64,000 nt of DNA from Verrucomicrobiota bacterium (GCA_039818205.1 JBCBUK010000003.1:256001-320000), one strand, 5' to 3'. Numbered from the stretch's first letter, positions 19,127 to 29,477 are shown. Program-made: numbers and translations. The notes: generated by a model not told the origin, from the letters alone.

Positions 19127-20677
19127 ATGTTGCAGTATGCCCATCCTATTTTGACCTGTGAGGAATCCGTTGAGCTCGAGAAGTCTCTGCTCAATGGGAA
19201 AGAAGCGGAATGGACCGCGATGAACAAAGCAGGTCGCGGCCTCGGGCGTGCGGTCGTGGATGACTATTGCGAACTTGCGCATCCACAATCTCGTTCCCAC
19301 CGTAAGCCTAAGATTCTTGTTCTCGTGGGCAAGGGACACAATGGTGGCGATGCCTTATTGGCCGCTAATGAGATCACCCGGATCCGGCCGGAAACCGAGG
19401 TGTTCGTCTTGACTCCCTATGAGAAGAAGGAGATGCGGACGTTGACGCGACGAGCCTATGACGCGCTAGAACAAACGGGTAAGTGTCAAACAATTCCGCT
19501 TTTACGGGTGCCGAGTCTGACCTTTGATCTGTGCTTAGATGGGTTACTGGGAATGCAGTTCAAGCCGCCGCTTCGGGACAACGTTATGGACCTCCTGCGC
19601 GTTCTCAATGAGCACCCAAGCATCCGTTGCCGAGTCGCGGTAGATTTGCCCAGCGGTATCGGAGACCCAAACGCTTTTCGAGCCGACTTTACCTACGCCA
19701 CGGGCATTGTGAAGAGTCCAGCGATTGATCCCGACAATGCAAGTGTCGTGGGACGTTTGCGCTATTTAGACATCGGTTTTTTCAGTCAGCTATATAGCGG
19801 ACCTCAGATCGTGGGGGAGGAAGTATTGACGCCGTCGGTATTGGATCACTGGCGGGCGGTTCGCCCCGCCCATTCAGATAAACGCAGTTACGGGCACTTG
19901 TTTATTGTGGCAGGCTCGCGGTCGATGCCGGGCGCTTTGCTAATGAATGCGATGGCCGCATTGCGTAGTGGAGTCGGGCTTGTAACGGCCTTTGCCCCGG
20001 AGTGCGTTGCGGCCCAGTTTGCCGCTCAGCTACCGGAGGTTATGTGGGTGCCGTGGCCGGAAACGCCCGATGGCGGACTCGCTTTGGAAGGGTGGTATTT
20101 ACTGCGTCAGAAGCTGCCTCGCGCGACTGCTTTGCTATGTGGTTCTGGTATTGGCACTGAGCCCGAGACGATTAAGCTGATTGAAGAGATCGTTGCCGAG
20201 GCGCCCGTACCTGTTGTTCTGGATGCAGACGCACTGCAACCCTCGGTGGTTGCCGTTGCCGAACAGCGAAACGGATTGAATGGTGGCGTAATTATCACAC
20301 CCCATGCGGGCGAGTTCATGCGTTTAACCAGTAGCGACAGTGCACGCTACGACCGAGAAGCGTTGGTTTGGCACGCTCATAAAAACGGATTGGTAACCGT
20401 ATTGAAGGGGCCAGTAACGCGCGTGACCGACGGCAAGCTTGTGCATACTTCGACGTTTGGTGGCCCGGTTCTAGCGCGCGGCGGTAGCGGTGATTTACTT
20501 AGCGGTTTGATTGGTGGGCTCCTTGCGCAAATACCGGATCAACCGTTCCGTGCGGCAAGCGCAGGTGTTGTTTGGCACGGCCAGGCGGCGGATTTGCTTG
20601 CCCGCGAGCGCGGTGCGGTTTCGCTTACAACGACCGAGCTGGTAAATTTTTTGTCTCCGGTATTGCGTTTGATGTAG
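19127..20677 (+). CDS. nnr: Bifunctional NAD(P)HX epimerase/dehydratase (YjeF)
   Basis: GKGHNGGDA, DGLLG, AVDLPSG; VLDADAL, ITPHAGEF, GGSGDLLSG. Confidence 0.93.
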   Translation: MLQYAHPILTCEESVELEKSLLNGKEAEWTAMNKAGRGLGRAVVDDYCELAHPQSRSHRKPKILVLVGKGHNGGDALLAANEITRIRPETEVFVLTPYEKKEMRTLTRRAYDALEQTGKCQTIPLLRVPSLTFDLCLDGLLGMQFKPPLRDNVMDLLRVLNEHPSIRCRVAVDLPSGIGDPNAFRADFTYATGIVKSPAIDPDNASVVGRLRYLDIGFFSQLYSGPQIVGEEVLTPSVLDHWRAVRPAHSDKRSYGHLFIVAGSRSMPGALLMNAMAALRSGVGLVTAFAPECVAAQFAAQLPEVMWVPWPETPDGGLALEGWYLLRQKLPRATALLCGSGIGTEPETIKLIEEIVAEAPVPVVLDADALQPSVVAVAEQRNGLNGGVIITPHAGEFMRLTSSDSARYDREALVWHAHKNGLVTVLKGPVTRVTDGKLVHTSTFGGPVLARGGSGDLLSGLIGGLLAQIPDQPFRAASAGVVWHGQAADLLARERGAVSLTTTELVNFLSPVLRLM

Positions 20678-20702
20678 CTTAATAATTGTATCCATTAAAA
20701 AT

Positions 20703-21113
20703 ATGAAAAATTACAATGCATGCGGGCTGGTCGCCATCCTGTTTATCGTTTTTAGCTTTTTCGTTTCGGCGTGTACCCATCAAGACCCGGGCGCCTTACC
20801 TGAGAAGGGCTATTATATTTTGTTCCAGTTGGATGGAGAGCGGCCTGATGTCGAATCGCCAGTTGAGCTTACCTTGGAGTCGGGGCGGTTTTCGGGAGTT
20901 GGTCCGGTAAATCGTTGGCAAGCGCCGATTAATGGGAACCGAGTTGGTCAGATTGCTCTGACCCGTATGATGGGACCGCCAGCTCAGATGTCCGTTGAGG
21001 ATCGCTTGATGAGTGCCCTGGAGGGAGCAACCGTCCAGTTGGGCTCTGATGGGCAGCTTGAGTTTGTACAAGGAGACGTTGTCCGGGCCGTATTCTTACC
21101 AAAGTCGAAATAG
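20703..21113 (+). CDS. META-domain (HslJ-like) lipoprotein
   Basis: Lipobox VSAC; FSGVGPVNRW; IALTRMMGPP...E. Confidence 0.75.
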   Translation: MKNYNACGLVAILFIVFSFFVSACTHQDPGALPEKGYYILFQLDGERPDVESPVELTLESGRFSGVGPVNRWQAPINGNRVGQIALTRMMGPPAQMSVEDRLMSALEGATVQLGSDGQLEFVQGDVVRAVFLPKSK

Positions 21114-21117
21114 GCGA

Positions 21118-22266
21118 ATGAGTTCTGCTGCCACCTTAACGAAGACTCAAGCGTTGCTTGTCCTCAATGGTCTACCTCGATTGGGGCCAGTGACCTTGAG
21201 GCGGTTGCTCGATGAGTTCGGCGAAGACCCTCATCAGGTCCTTGGGGCAAGTCGCTCAGCGCTTCGGCAGGTTGAACGAGTTGGACCCGACACCGCTGAT
21301 ATAATTGTTAACTGGCAGCAGCATTTTGATTTGGCCCGGGAGGAAGCACGCTTGGCAAAGGCCGGTGCAGCCTTTGTGGCGTTGACCGATGATGACTATC
21401 CGAAGCCGTTGAAGAAGATTTATGATCCACCTCTAGGTTTGTATATGGTCGGTCCGCTCAGGCCAGCGATTAAGTCGATCGCAATCATTGGGAGTCGGCG
21501 AACGACCCTGTATGGGCGGAGCGTTGCGAAACGTTTAGCCTCAGACCTCACGCGTCTCGGCTTTTGCGTGGTGAGTGGCTTGGCGCGCGGAATTGATACG
21601 GAGGCCCATCAAGGTGCGGTGGAGAGTGGTGGTGATACTGCGGCGGTCTTAGGTTGCGGGGTGGACATTGTTTATCCACCCGAGAACATCGATCTCTATA
21701 AAGCAATTGGTGAGCGTGGTGTGGTGATTAGCGAGCTGCCCTTTGGGACGCGGGCAAGTAAGACAACCTTTCCCATGCGCAACCGTTTGATCGCAGGTAT
21801 GTCGGCGGCCACAGTGGTGGTCGAGTCGGGTTTGTCTGGCGGGAGTATGATCACGGCGAGATTCGCGGCGGAACAGAACCGCCCGGTTTTCGCGGTGCCC
21901 GGGCGGATCGACCAAGATTCCTCAGCAGGTTGCCATCAGTTAATTCGCGATGGCGCGGTCTTGTTGACTTCTGTGGATGACTTGATCAATGAGTTGGCCT
22001 ATGGCGGGGCAAGTCAGCAGGAGCTCGACTTGCCCGAAAGTGCGACGGAGGCCAGCCGTGAGCGAAAGTCGGGCAGCTTAGAAGGTTTGTCGGAGGAGGA
22101 GCGGTTGGTGTTGACGCCGCTATTGGAAGGAGAGGCCCTGGGGCGGGATTCATTGGCTGAAAAGACAGGCTTGCCCGTTGCCGTTGTTTCGTCGACTTTG
22201 TTGATGCTTGAGCTAAAGCGTCGAGTCGGCAAACGCGTTGACGGCGCCTACGAATTCCGAACCTGA
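21118..22266 (+). CDS. dprA: DNA processing protein A
   Basis: IAIIGSR, VSGLARGID, FPMRNRLIAG, GGSMITA, FAVPG; C-terminal winged helix. Confidence 0.96.
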   Translation: MSSAATLTKTQALLVLNGLPRLGPVTLRRLLDEFGEDPHQVLGASRSALRQVERVGPDTADIIVNWQQHFDLAREEARLAKAGAAFVALTDDDYPKPLKKIYDPPLGLYMVGPLRPAIKSIAIIGSRRTTLYGRSVAKRLASDLTRLGFCVVSGLARGIDTEAHQGAVESGGDTAAVLGCGVDIVYPPENIDLYKAIGERGVVISELPFGTRASKTTFPMRNRLIAGMSAATVVVESGLSGGSMITARFAAEQNRPVFAVPGRIDQDSSAGCHQLIRDGAVLLTSVDDLINELAYGGASQQELDLPESATEASRERKSGSLEGLSEEERLVLTPLLEGEALGRDSLAEKTGLPVAVVSSTLLMLELKRRVGKRVDGAYEFRT

Positions 22267-22267
22267 A

Positions 22268-23188
22268 GTGACACGCATTCTCATCATCAAACCCTCATCC
22301 TTGGGGGACATTATCCATGGCCTGTTGGTGACGGAATCAATTCGTCAGCAGATGGATGGTGTCGAAATTGATTGGGTTGCCCGCGATATTTTTGCGCCGC
22401 TGGTCGATGCCTGTGATACCGTTAAACACGTGCATTTGTTTCATCGTGGCGCCGGTTTCGGTGCCTATGGCCAATTGATTCAGGACATCCGGGATGTGTC
22501 CTACGATTGGGTTTTGGATATGCAGGGTCTCGCGCGGAGCGGCATCATTACCCAGTTTTCGAAGACTCAGCGCTCACGCTGTGTCGGGCGCCGCGATGCC
22601 CGCGAAGCGAGCCAGCTCGCTTATGGAAAACTAATCGACATGCCTTGCGGTCGTGAACCGCATGCCGTCGATATTCTGCGGGAGTTTTTGCCGGCTCTGG
22701 GTCTGCAGAATGAACTGAAAGGCTTTCTGACCTTTTCCGCCGTGGAGTCATCATCAGAGCTTCCAGACGAGTATGTATTGATCTTTCCCGGCAGCCGACG
22801 GGCTGAGAAAGAGTGGCACGGCTTTTTCGAACTTTCCCGCCAATTGATCAAAGATGGCCGGATAGTGGTGTGGGCCGGTGATGTTTCGTTTGCCGGTGAT
22901 AGCGAGTGGCCAAAAGATCGCTTTCACAATCTAACGGCTAAGACCGAGCTCGCATCCTTGCCGTCAATTGTCGCTCGTGCTCAAGTCGTAATTTGCAACG
23001 ACAGTGGACCAATGCACCTCGCGGCTGCAATGGGCAAACCCGTGTTGGGAATTTTTGGACCAACCTCAGCGAATCGCTTTGGGCCTTATCCGCTAGACGC
23101 GCCAACAAATCACGTCATCACCGCTCCTCATGGAAAGTTGGAGCGGTTGACGGTGGAAAGCGTTCACGCAGCTGTTAAGCCGCTATAA
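22268..23188 (+). CDS. Glycosyltransferase family 9 (LPS heptosyltransferase-like)
   Basis: ILIIKPSSLGDIIH, LDMQGLARS, NDSGPMHLAAA, IFGPT. Confidence 0.92.
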   Translation: MTRILIIKPSSLGDIIHGLLVTESIRQQMDGVEIDWVARDIFAPLVDACDTVKHVHLFHRGAGFGAYGQLIQDIRDVSYDWVLDMQGLARSGIITQFSKTQRSRCVGRRDAREASQLAYGKLIDMPCGREPHAVDILREFLPALGLQNELKGFLTFSAVESSSELPDEYVLIFPGSRRAEKEWHGFFELSRQLIKDGRIVVWAGDVSFAGDSEWPKDRFHNLTAKTELASLPSIVARAQVVICNDSGPMHLAAAMGKPVLGIFGPTSANRFGPYPLDAPTNHVITAPHGKLERLTVESVHAAVKPL

Positions 23189-23194
23189 TAGCTG

Positions 23195-24295
23195 CTACCA
23201 AATGCCGTGTTCGCCCTTCTTGAGGCTTTCGGTAAAGGCCACGAGTAGTTGGACACAGTTTTCAATGTCCTGCAAATCGACGACTTCGCTGGGCGTGTGC
23301 ATGTAGCGAAGGGGAATGGAAACCACCGAAGCGGCGACCCCGTCGCGGGCCATTTGAATTGCCCGGGCATCGGTGCCGGTTGGACGCGGTTCGGATTCAA
23401 CCTGGTAAGGAATGTCGTTCTTCTCGGCGACTTCCACCAAACGCTCGAAGACAAAGGGGTTGATGTTCGGACCCCGACCAATGATCGGACCTGAGCCTTG
23501 CTTCTGTAAACCGTGCTTGCGTGGATCGCAGTCTGGGTGGTCAGTTGCGTGGCCGACATCGACCGCGATACCAATGTGCGGATTTACCTTGTAAGCGGAA
23601 GTGATTGCGCCCCGCGTGCCAATTTCTTCCTGAGTCGTAGAAACGGCGACGAGCTTTGCCGCGAGTTTCTTCTTGGACTTGGCTAGGCGGCGCAAGACTT
23701 CATTGACCACATAGCAGCCTGCTTTGTCGTCAAAGGCGCGCGCGGTTCCCTTGGTGCCATAGATTAGCTCGAAGCCCATATCGTAGACTGCCGGGTCACC
23801 AATCGAAACGCGCTCAAGTGCTTCTTCGCGGGTGCTCGCACCAATATCGATCCACATGTCGTGGAACTCGGGCACCTTGTTGCGGTCCTCTGGAGTCATC
23901 AGGTGAACGGCACGTTTACCCGTTACTCCCTTAATGTCGCCTTTCTCGGTGAGAATGGTGACACGTCGGCCAGAGATCATGATACGGTCGTGTCCGCCCA
24001 AGGTATCGAAGTAAATAAAGCCCTTGTCATCAACGTATTTGACCATGAAGCCAAGCTCATCCATGTGGCCTGCGAGCATTACCACAGGATCACCGGATTC
24101 GTTAATCGTCGAATATCGGTTGCCCAACGCATCTTTCTCAAACGTGTCGGCCACTGGTTTGACATGCTTATCGATAACGGCCTGTGCCTCTTGTTCGTAA
24201 CCCGTGGGCGATCGCGCCTCCAATAGGTCGACTAAAAATTCCGGTGGGGTGTAAGTGCTACTTTTCTTGGCAGGTTTGGACTTCTTTTTTGGCAT
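23195..24295 (-). CDS. M42-family metallo-aminopeptidase
   Basis: AGHMDELG, AFDDKAG, QEEIG, AVDVGH, RYMHT. Confidence 0.93.
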   Translation of the reverse strand: MPKKKSKPAKKSSTYTPPEFLVDLLEARSPTGYEQEAQAVIDKHVKPVADTFEKDALGNRYSTINESGDPVVMLAGHMDELGFMVKYVDDKGFIYFDTLGGHDRIMISGRRVTILTEKGDIKGVTGKRAVHLMTPEDRNKVPEFHDMWIDIGASTREEALERVSIGDPAVYDMGFELIYGTKGTARAFDDKAGCYVVNEVLRRLAKSKKKLAAKLVAVSTTQEEIGTRGAITSAYKVNPHIGIAVDVGHATDHPDCDPRKHGLQKQGSGPIIGRGPNINPFVFERLVEVAEKNDIPYQVESEPRPTGTDARAIQMARDGVAASVVSIPLRYMHTPSEVVDLQDIENCVQLLVAFTESLKKGEHGIW

Positions 24296-24425
24296 AATCG
24301 TTTAGTATTAGTTATATAGGAAGGTCCGCAACTCGAATCTATTCCGGATGTTTAGGGCGAAGGCCTGGGAATTTTTCTACGCGGAAAAGGTTGAGCTACC
24401 GGGCGTTTCTCTCAATGATCATACC

Positions 24426-25169
24426 ATGATAATTCTTCCCGCAATTGACATTAAGAACGGGCATTGTGTTCGCTTGCTGCAAGGCTTGGAAGATCAGGTA
24501 ACCGAGTATTTCGAAGACCCGATCGACCCGGCTAAGGAATTCCTGGCGGTAGGCTCGGAATGGGTTCACGTGGTGGACCTCGACGGTGCGTTTTCTGGGT
24601 CGCCTAAAAATTTTGATGCAGTCCAAAAAATTGCGGATCTAGGTTTGAAAGTCGAGTTCGGCGGCGGCATTCGCGAGTTGGATGACATTCGCAGGGTGAT
24701 CGCGAGCGGTGTGTCCCGTGTCGTTGTCGGAACTAAGGCATGCGAAAGCCTCGACTTCGTGAAAGCGATGGCCGAAGAATTCGGACCCAAGGTTGCCGTT
24801 GGTATCGATGCTCGGGCGGGTAAGGTTGCCGTGCATGGCTGGGTTGATGTCACCGACGTCCCAGCGATTGGCTTGGCCCAGCAGGTGGCAGCCGCTGGTA
24901 TTCAAACGATCATTTACACCGACATCACCACAGACGGAATGATGCGTGGGCCAAATTTCGAGGGCATGAAGGAGATGTGGTCGGCCGTCGATTGTGACGT
25001 CATTGCCTCCGGCGGAGTCTCCGATATCCATGACGTCATCCATTACAGCAACCTCGCTCAGCGTTATCCAAATTGCTCCGGGGTGATCATCGGTAAAGCC
25101 ATTTACGAGAAGGCAATCGATCTGAAAGAAGCCTTGGCGGTCGCCGCGGGTCAGAAAACCGAAAGCTAG
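24426..25169 (+). CDS. hisA: ProFAR isomerase (histidine biosynthesis)
   Basis: ILPAIDIKNGHCVRL, HVVDLDGA, GGGIR, TDITTDGMMRGPN, IASGGV. Confidence 0.97.
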   Translation: MIILPAIDIKNGHCVRLLQGLEDQVTEYFEDPIDPAKEFLAVGSEWVHVVDLDGAFSGSPKNFDAVQKIADLGLKVEFGGGIRELDDIRRVIASGVSRVVVGTKACESLDFVKAMAEEFGPKVAVGIDARAGKVAVHGWVDVTDVPAIGLAQQVAAAGIQTIIYTDITTDGMMRGPNFEGMKEMWSAVDCDVIASGGVSDIHDVIHYSNLAQRYPNCSGVIIGKAIYEKAIDLKEALAVAAGQKTES

Positions 25170-25756
25170 TAGGCCTCCAATTCACGTCGGATATTCTGCT
25201 GCGCCATCGTTTCCAGATCCTTTCGAAACGATGGTGTGTGGTAAATAAATTCGCGGTCTAAGAAGGACCGTAGTACGTTGCCGCGTCCTTTGCGATAGGC
25301 ACTATTTTCCACCCAGTGGTATTCTTCGCGAATCGCTTTCGCGTAGAGGTCGTATCGGTCAGAATCACTGCCAAGGATGCTCAGATCAATATCGACGATC
25401 AATGCGCCATCGCATTGGTCGATCGGCTGATGATGCTTGGTCGATAGGATTAGCGCTCGCACCTTTTCGGTGCAGGGCTGGCCGTCCAGGAAATTGCACG
25501 CCCAATCTGCGCTGCGTTCTTCATTATCATTGGCGCGCGTATCGTAGACGACATCATGGAACCAAAATGCGAACTCCACGGAAACCACATCTTCAAACGC
25601 GTCACCATGCCGGTCCAGCTGCGTCAGGCAATCCGCGATATGGTCCAAGTTGTGATAGGCGCGCCCCGGCTCACGATACGCTTGGGTAATGCGTTCCCAT
25701 TCTCGACCGCCCTCGACCCCGATCGTCTCACATAGCTTCTGCCATCGCGCCTCCAT
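25166..25756 (-). CDS. HD-superfamily metal-dependent phosphohydrolase (COG4339-like)
   Basis: RAYHNLDH, WFHDVVYD, NEERSA, DIDLSILG, IREEY. Confidence 0.85.
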   Translation of the reverse strand: MEARWQKLCETIGVEGGREWERITQAYREPGRAYHNLDHIADCLTQLDRHGDAFEDVVSVEFAFWFHDVVYDTRANDNEERSADWACNFLDGQPCTEKVRALILSTKHHQPIDQCDGALIVDIDLSILGSDSDRYDLYAKAIREEYHWVENSAYRKGRGNVLRSFLDREFIYHTPSFRKDLETMAQQNIRRELEAY

Positions 25757-25785
25757 TGGGTATAGGCAGCATGAAAATCTGTCGC

Positions 25786-26565
25786 TTACTTGAAGACTCT
25801 CCGCTTTATTCCGTGGTAGATACGGGGCAGGAGTTTCGGCTGATGAGCGTTGGGATTCGGCTGTTCTTTTCTGTAGATCACCTGATACGTCTTCTGGTCC
25901 GTTTTGGCCTTCTGCGCCATCGCCCAATCGGTTTTCTCCATCACCACGAAGTTACTGTAGTTCGGGTGCTGTTTGACTAAATACTCGAAGACTTCCGTGA
26001 TCTGAGGCGTTACTCGTTCCTCATCTGAAAGGGAACGGTGGGTGATGCCGTCGGTTGATTCCCGCTTCTGGTCGGCCTTGGAATAGGTCCAATGATAGTC
26101 GTCAAAGATGATCCAGGCATCTTGCTTGAGCAGCTTATCAACCATGAAGAATGCCGCGCCGTCTATCGTCCAGTTCTTGGGCCCGTCGATGATGCACAGA
26201 TCATAGACTTCTTGGCAGATATCGTCCTTAGTCTGCTTGACGATTTCGTTGTGGAGAAACCAGTTGTAGCCGGTGTGCATCCGCACGACTTCGGCATATT
26301 TGGATAGCCCGGTGGACTCCAGTTGCTCTTCGGCCGAGGGTTTGAAGCTGTCCTTAACGCTAAGCAGATCGACGGCGGTAATCTTGCCCCCGCCCAGCTC
26401 CTCAATCGCCGCTGCCATGTAGCAGGTGGCAGTGCCGTGCGCGATTCCAAGTTCGAGAATGTTGGTGGCCTTTTCTTTGATGATCAGATCATAAAGAATG
26501 CGTGCGTTCTGTTCCGTAATGAACGGTACGTGGCCAACCTTGGCATGAATTTCATCAAACGTCAT
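25786..26565 (-). CDS. Class I SAM-dependent methyltransferase (Methyltransf_24-like)
   Basis: ILELGIAHG, ITAVD, YDLCIIDG, LLKQDAWIIFDD. Confidence 0.85.
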   Translation of the reverse strand: MTFDEIHAKVGHVPFITEQNARILYDLIIKEKATNILELGIAHGTATCYMAAAIEELGGGKITAVDLLSVKDSFKPSAEEQLESTGLSKYAEVVRMHTGYNWFLHNEIVKQTKDDICQEVYDLCIIDGPKNWTIDGAAFFMVDKLLKQDAWIIFDDYHWTYSKADQKRESTDGITHRSLSDEERVTPQITEVFEYLVKQHPNYSNFVVMEKTDWAMAQKAKTDQKTYQVIYRKEQPNPNAHQPKLLPRIYHGIKRRVFK

Positions 26566-26666
26566 CGTAGCTTGGGTAGTCGTTGTCGATAGCAGTTTCC
26601 GCCTCAACGCAATCGAATTTGAATTGCTTGTCGAGTGTTATTCCTCGGGAGCGAACCGCGGTGTTA

Positions 26667-27272
26667 TCAACCCTTGAAGAGATCCATTTGCGGGCTCTTG
26701 ATCATGTCGTAGTTCTTCATGAGCCGCAGGGTTTGGAGGAAGTCACTCTTGGAGTAATTATGGTTGATTTCGACCTTATCGAGGATGTCCTGGAGCATTG
26801 AGCGAAAGGAGATAATGGCGTCGAGACCGACTTCCTGCAGTAGCTTGATGGATTCGCTCTTATGCGGTTCGTGGGTTGGAAGGCCGGGGAGAACCAGGAT
26901 TTTCAAGAAATTACCGAGATTGCCGACCTCGTCGTTTTCGATGGCAAACAGTTCCTCGGCGCGCTTGTAGACATCCTTCTCCAGGAACTTAAAAATGTCC
27001 GCACTTCCGCGCAATGTCGCGGGGGTGAATTTTTGGCTGTGCCAGCCTTTGACGAATACCACGGCTCGCGGGACGAGGGGCAGTTCGTTTGAAAAGAGCA
27101 TGAAGTTTGGCTTACGGGAATCCGGCCGGCAGCTTGGGTTGCTGATAATAAGGTCGATTTCTTCCTCACTGCGTTTGGCTCGGCTTTGGACCTGATACTT
27201 CCGCATTTGCCGAACCAAGAAGCCATTTAGCTCAAAGTATTCGCGGACAATAGTTTCGTCGATGCCAGCCAT
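26667..27272 (-). CDS. Hypothetical PD-(D/E)xK nuclease-like protein with C-terminal beta-clamp-binding motif
   Basis: ETIVREYFELNGFLV / EEEIDLII / VVFVKGW pattern; ends SPQMDLFKG. Confidence 0.6.
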   Translation of the reverse strand: MAGIDETIVREYFELNGFLVRQMRKYQVQSRAKRSEEEIDLIISNPSCRPDSRKPNFMLFSNELPLVPRAVVFVKGWHSQKFTPATLRGSADIFKFLEKDVYKRAEELFAIENDEVGNLGNFLKILVLPGLPTHEPHKSESIKLLQEVGLDAIISFRSMLQDILDKVEINHNYSKSDFLQTLRLMKNYDMIKSPQMDLFKG

Positions 27273-27389
27273 GAAAGAAAAGTTCTCGGAAAAGGAAAGG
27301 TTCGTCAGCTTGAACCTCTATCTCATTGTCTAGTACGCGATGAATAAATTAGCAAGTACCTAATTATGAGGGCTTTGCTGGCGAGTTGA

Positions 27390-28544
27390 CTATCCGATCG
27401 CGCCTGCCTCGCGCCACAGATTGATAACGAGCTCCTCATCGATCTGGTCAACCGTCACCGCGCGGCCTTGGGCTTCCATGGCGACAAAACGCAGTTTTCC
27501 GCCTTTCACCTTCTTATCCCGCTTCATGGCCGCCATCAACGTGTCGATCCTAAGCTCGGGAGGTGGCTGGGGCGTCTCTCGTCGCAGCGATGTGCGCAGA
27601 TCGGTTGGCAACTCGTACTGTGCGATCAACTTCTTCGCGTTGGCAACGTCACCTGATGAGTAGGCGTAGCCTGGGCGTCCATGTTTGGTGAGCTCTTCGG
27701 AAAGGCGAGCGGCAAGCATCAGGCCGGCGCCGACAGCCTCCCCGTGGAGATAGGTGCCATAGCCAGCCGCGTTTTCAATCGCATGGGCGAAGGTGTGCCC
27801 CAGATTGAGGAGTGCGCGTCCGCCACTGGCCGCCGTCTCTTTCTCATCGGCCTTCACGATCTCTGCTTTGATCTCGCAGCAGCGGCGAATGATTGCTGGC
27901 AAGGCTGGATGTTGCCAGTCGAGAGGCGTTTCTAATGCCATCAACTGATCAAACAATGCGGGATCGTAGAGCATGCCGTATTTGATGACTTCGGCCATGC
28001 CCGCGGAGAATTCCCAACTTGGGAGCGTGCGCAGAAAGCTTGTCGAGATGAAGACTGCTTTGGGCTGCCAGAAGGCGCCCACTAGGTTCTTGCCAGCCCG
28101 GATGTTGATACCGGTCTTTCCGCCGACCGAGCTGTCGACCATGGCGAGCAGCGTGGTGGGGACTTGGAAAAAATCGATGCCTCGCAGGTAGCTCGCCGCG
28201 GCAAAACCGCCTAAATCGCCAATCACTCCGCCGCCGACGGCGACCAAGTAGCCATCGCGAGCAACCCGCTTCTCGGCCATGAACTCATAGATTTCGCCGA
28301 GCATGGCCATGCTTTTGGCCATTTCTCCGCTGCGGGCTGGTGAAATTGAAAATGCGTGTAGGTTCTCGTTTGCAACCGTCGCGCCCACGTTCTCGTCAAT
28401 CACGAGGGCGCCCGTTCCGCCATGCTCTTTGATCGCATTGAACATCTGCTCGGATACATCGTCGCCAATCCAGATGGGATAGCTGCGGTCGCCAAGTTCG
28501 ACGCTCAAGGCCTGCTGGTGGGAGGTGCTGGAAATATCGCTCAT
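27390..28544 (-). CDS. aroB: 3-dehydroquinate synthase
   Basis: GGGVIGDLGGF, PTTLLAMVDSSVGGKTG, LNLGHTFAHAIE, HGEAV, DKK. Confidence 0.98.
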   Translation of the reverse strand: MSDISSTSHQQALSVELGDRSYPIWIGDDVSEQMFNAIKEHGGTGALVIDENVGATVANENLHAFSISPARSGEMAKSMAMLGEIYEFMAEKRVARDGYLVAVGGGVIGDLGGFAAASYLRGIDFFQVPTTLLAMVDSSVGGKTGINIRAGKNLVGAFWQPKAVFISTSFLRTLPSWEFSAGMAEVIKYGMLYDPALFDQLMALETPLDWQHPALPAIIRRCCEIKAEIVKADEKETAASGGRALLNLGHTFAHAIENAAGYGTYLHGEAVGAGLMLAARLSEELTKHGRPGYAYSSGDVANAKKLIAQYELPTDLRTSLRRETPQPPPELRIDTLMAAMKRDKKVKGGKLRFVAMEAQGRAVTVDQIDEELVINLWREAGAIG

Positions 28545-28583
28545 GATCGAAGCGGCAAAGCAAAGAGGAATAATGGAGTCGGG

Positions 28584-28620
28584 AAAAGAAAAAACCCGCC
28601 CTGGCGAACCAGAGCGGGTT
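28584..28620 (-). terminator. Rho-independent terminator of the TorF-like porin gene
   Basis: Minus strand AACCCGCTCTGG-TTCG-CCAGGGCGGGTT then TTTTCTTTT. Confidence 0.85.
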
Positions 28621-28646
28621 AGAAATTGGATTAGCTTAAGTTTGGA

Positions 28647-29477
28647 TTAGTAAGCGAAACCGAGGGTCGCGCCGAACCAAACTTGAGACTCACCGCCGAA
28701 GAAGTTAGCTGGACCAGCGCTTGCACCAGCACCGTCGCCATCATTGTTGATGGACCAGCGAACACCAACGGAACCTGATACGTTTTCGCTGAATGCGTAA
28801 ACGAGGTCACCAGTTACACCACCGTAGGTGTAGCCATTGGAGCTATCAACACCTGGAGCAGGGAATGGGAAGTCAGCACCACCAGTTACGTCACCGGTGT
28901 CGAGGAGACCGAAGTATGCGCCAGTGTCGATGGAGAGGCCTTCTGCACCAACATACTCGCCGAGGTCGAGGCTGTAACCGATCGAGAACTCAACCAAAGT
29001 TTGCTTAAGGTCGAAGTCGTAGTAGAAGTAAACAGCTGGGCTGAGGAGAACGTCAGCAGAAACGCCGAAGTAAACTTCTGTGGTGTGATTGATTGCACCA
29101 AGGCCAGCCGACTCTGGGTACCAGTAGTAGGTAGCACCAAGGTCAACGGTGAAGATGTCAGTCACTGGGTAAGCGTAACCGGCATAGAAGTCGATTTCGT
29201 TACCGATTGGAGTGCGAACAGTTGCACCGAAAGCGCCACCGGTGGTCGCTGGAGTGATTGGTTGGTTGGTCCAAACACCTGCATAGAGGTCGCCACCAAG
29301 AACTGGGTAGCCGAATTCCACGCTAGGCTGGAATGACTGGTTAGCGAGCTTCGAAGCGCGGTAAACGTAGGAAGTTTCGAAATCGAAGGTGCCGCTAATA
29401 GACAGATCGCTGAGGAAATCAGCTGAAGCTGCCGTTGCCGCGCCTGCAATGGCGAGAGTCGCAATGGTCTTTTTCAT
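28647..29477 (-). CDS. Outer-membrane protein, TorF-like putative porin
   Basis: Signal peptide; SYVYRA, QPSVE, EIDFYAGY, DLGATYYWYP; ends with aromatic residue (LGFAY). Confidence 0.8.
   Translation of the reverse strand: MKKTIATLAIAGAATAASADFLSDLSISGTFDFETSYVYRASKLANQSFQPSVEFGYPVLGGDLYAGVWTNQPITPATTGGAFGATVRTPIGNEIDFYAGYAYPVTDIFTVDLGATYYWYPESAGLGAINHTTEVYFGVSADVLLSPAVYFYYDFDLKQTLVEFSIGYSLDLGEYVGAEGLSIDTGAYFGLLDTGDVTGGADFPFPAPGVDSSNGYTYGGVTGDLVYAFSENVSGSVGVRWSINNDGDGAGASAGPANFFGGESQVWFGATLGFAY

Noticed and set aside
22015..22035. DprA linker QQELDL as a clamp-binding motif
   Set aside because: Weaker match lacking the aromatic residue; not enough support on its own
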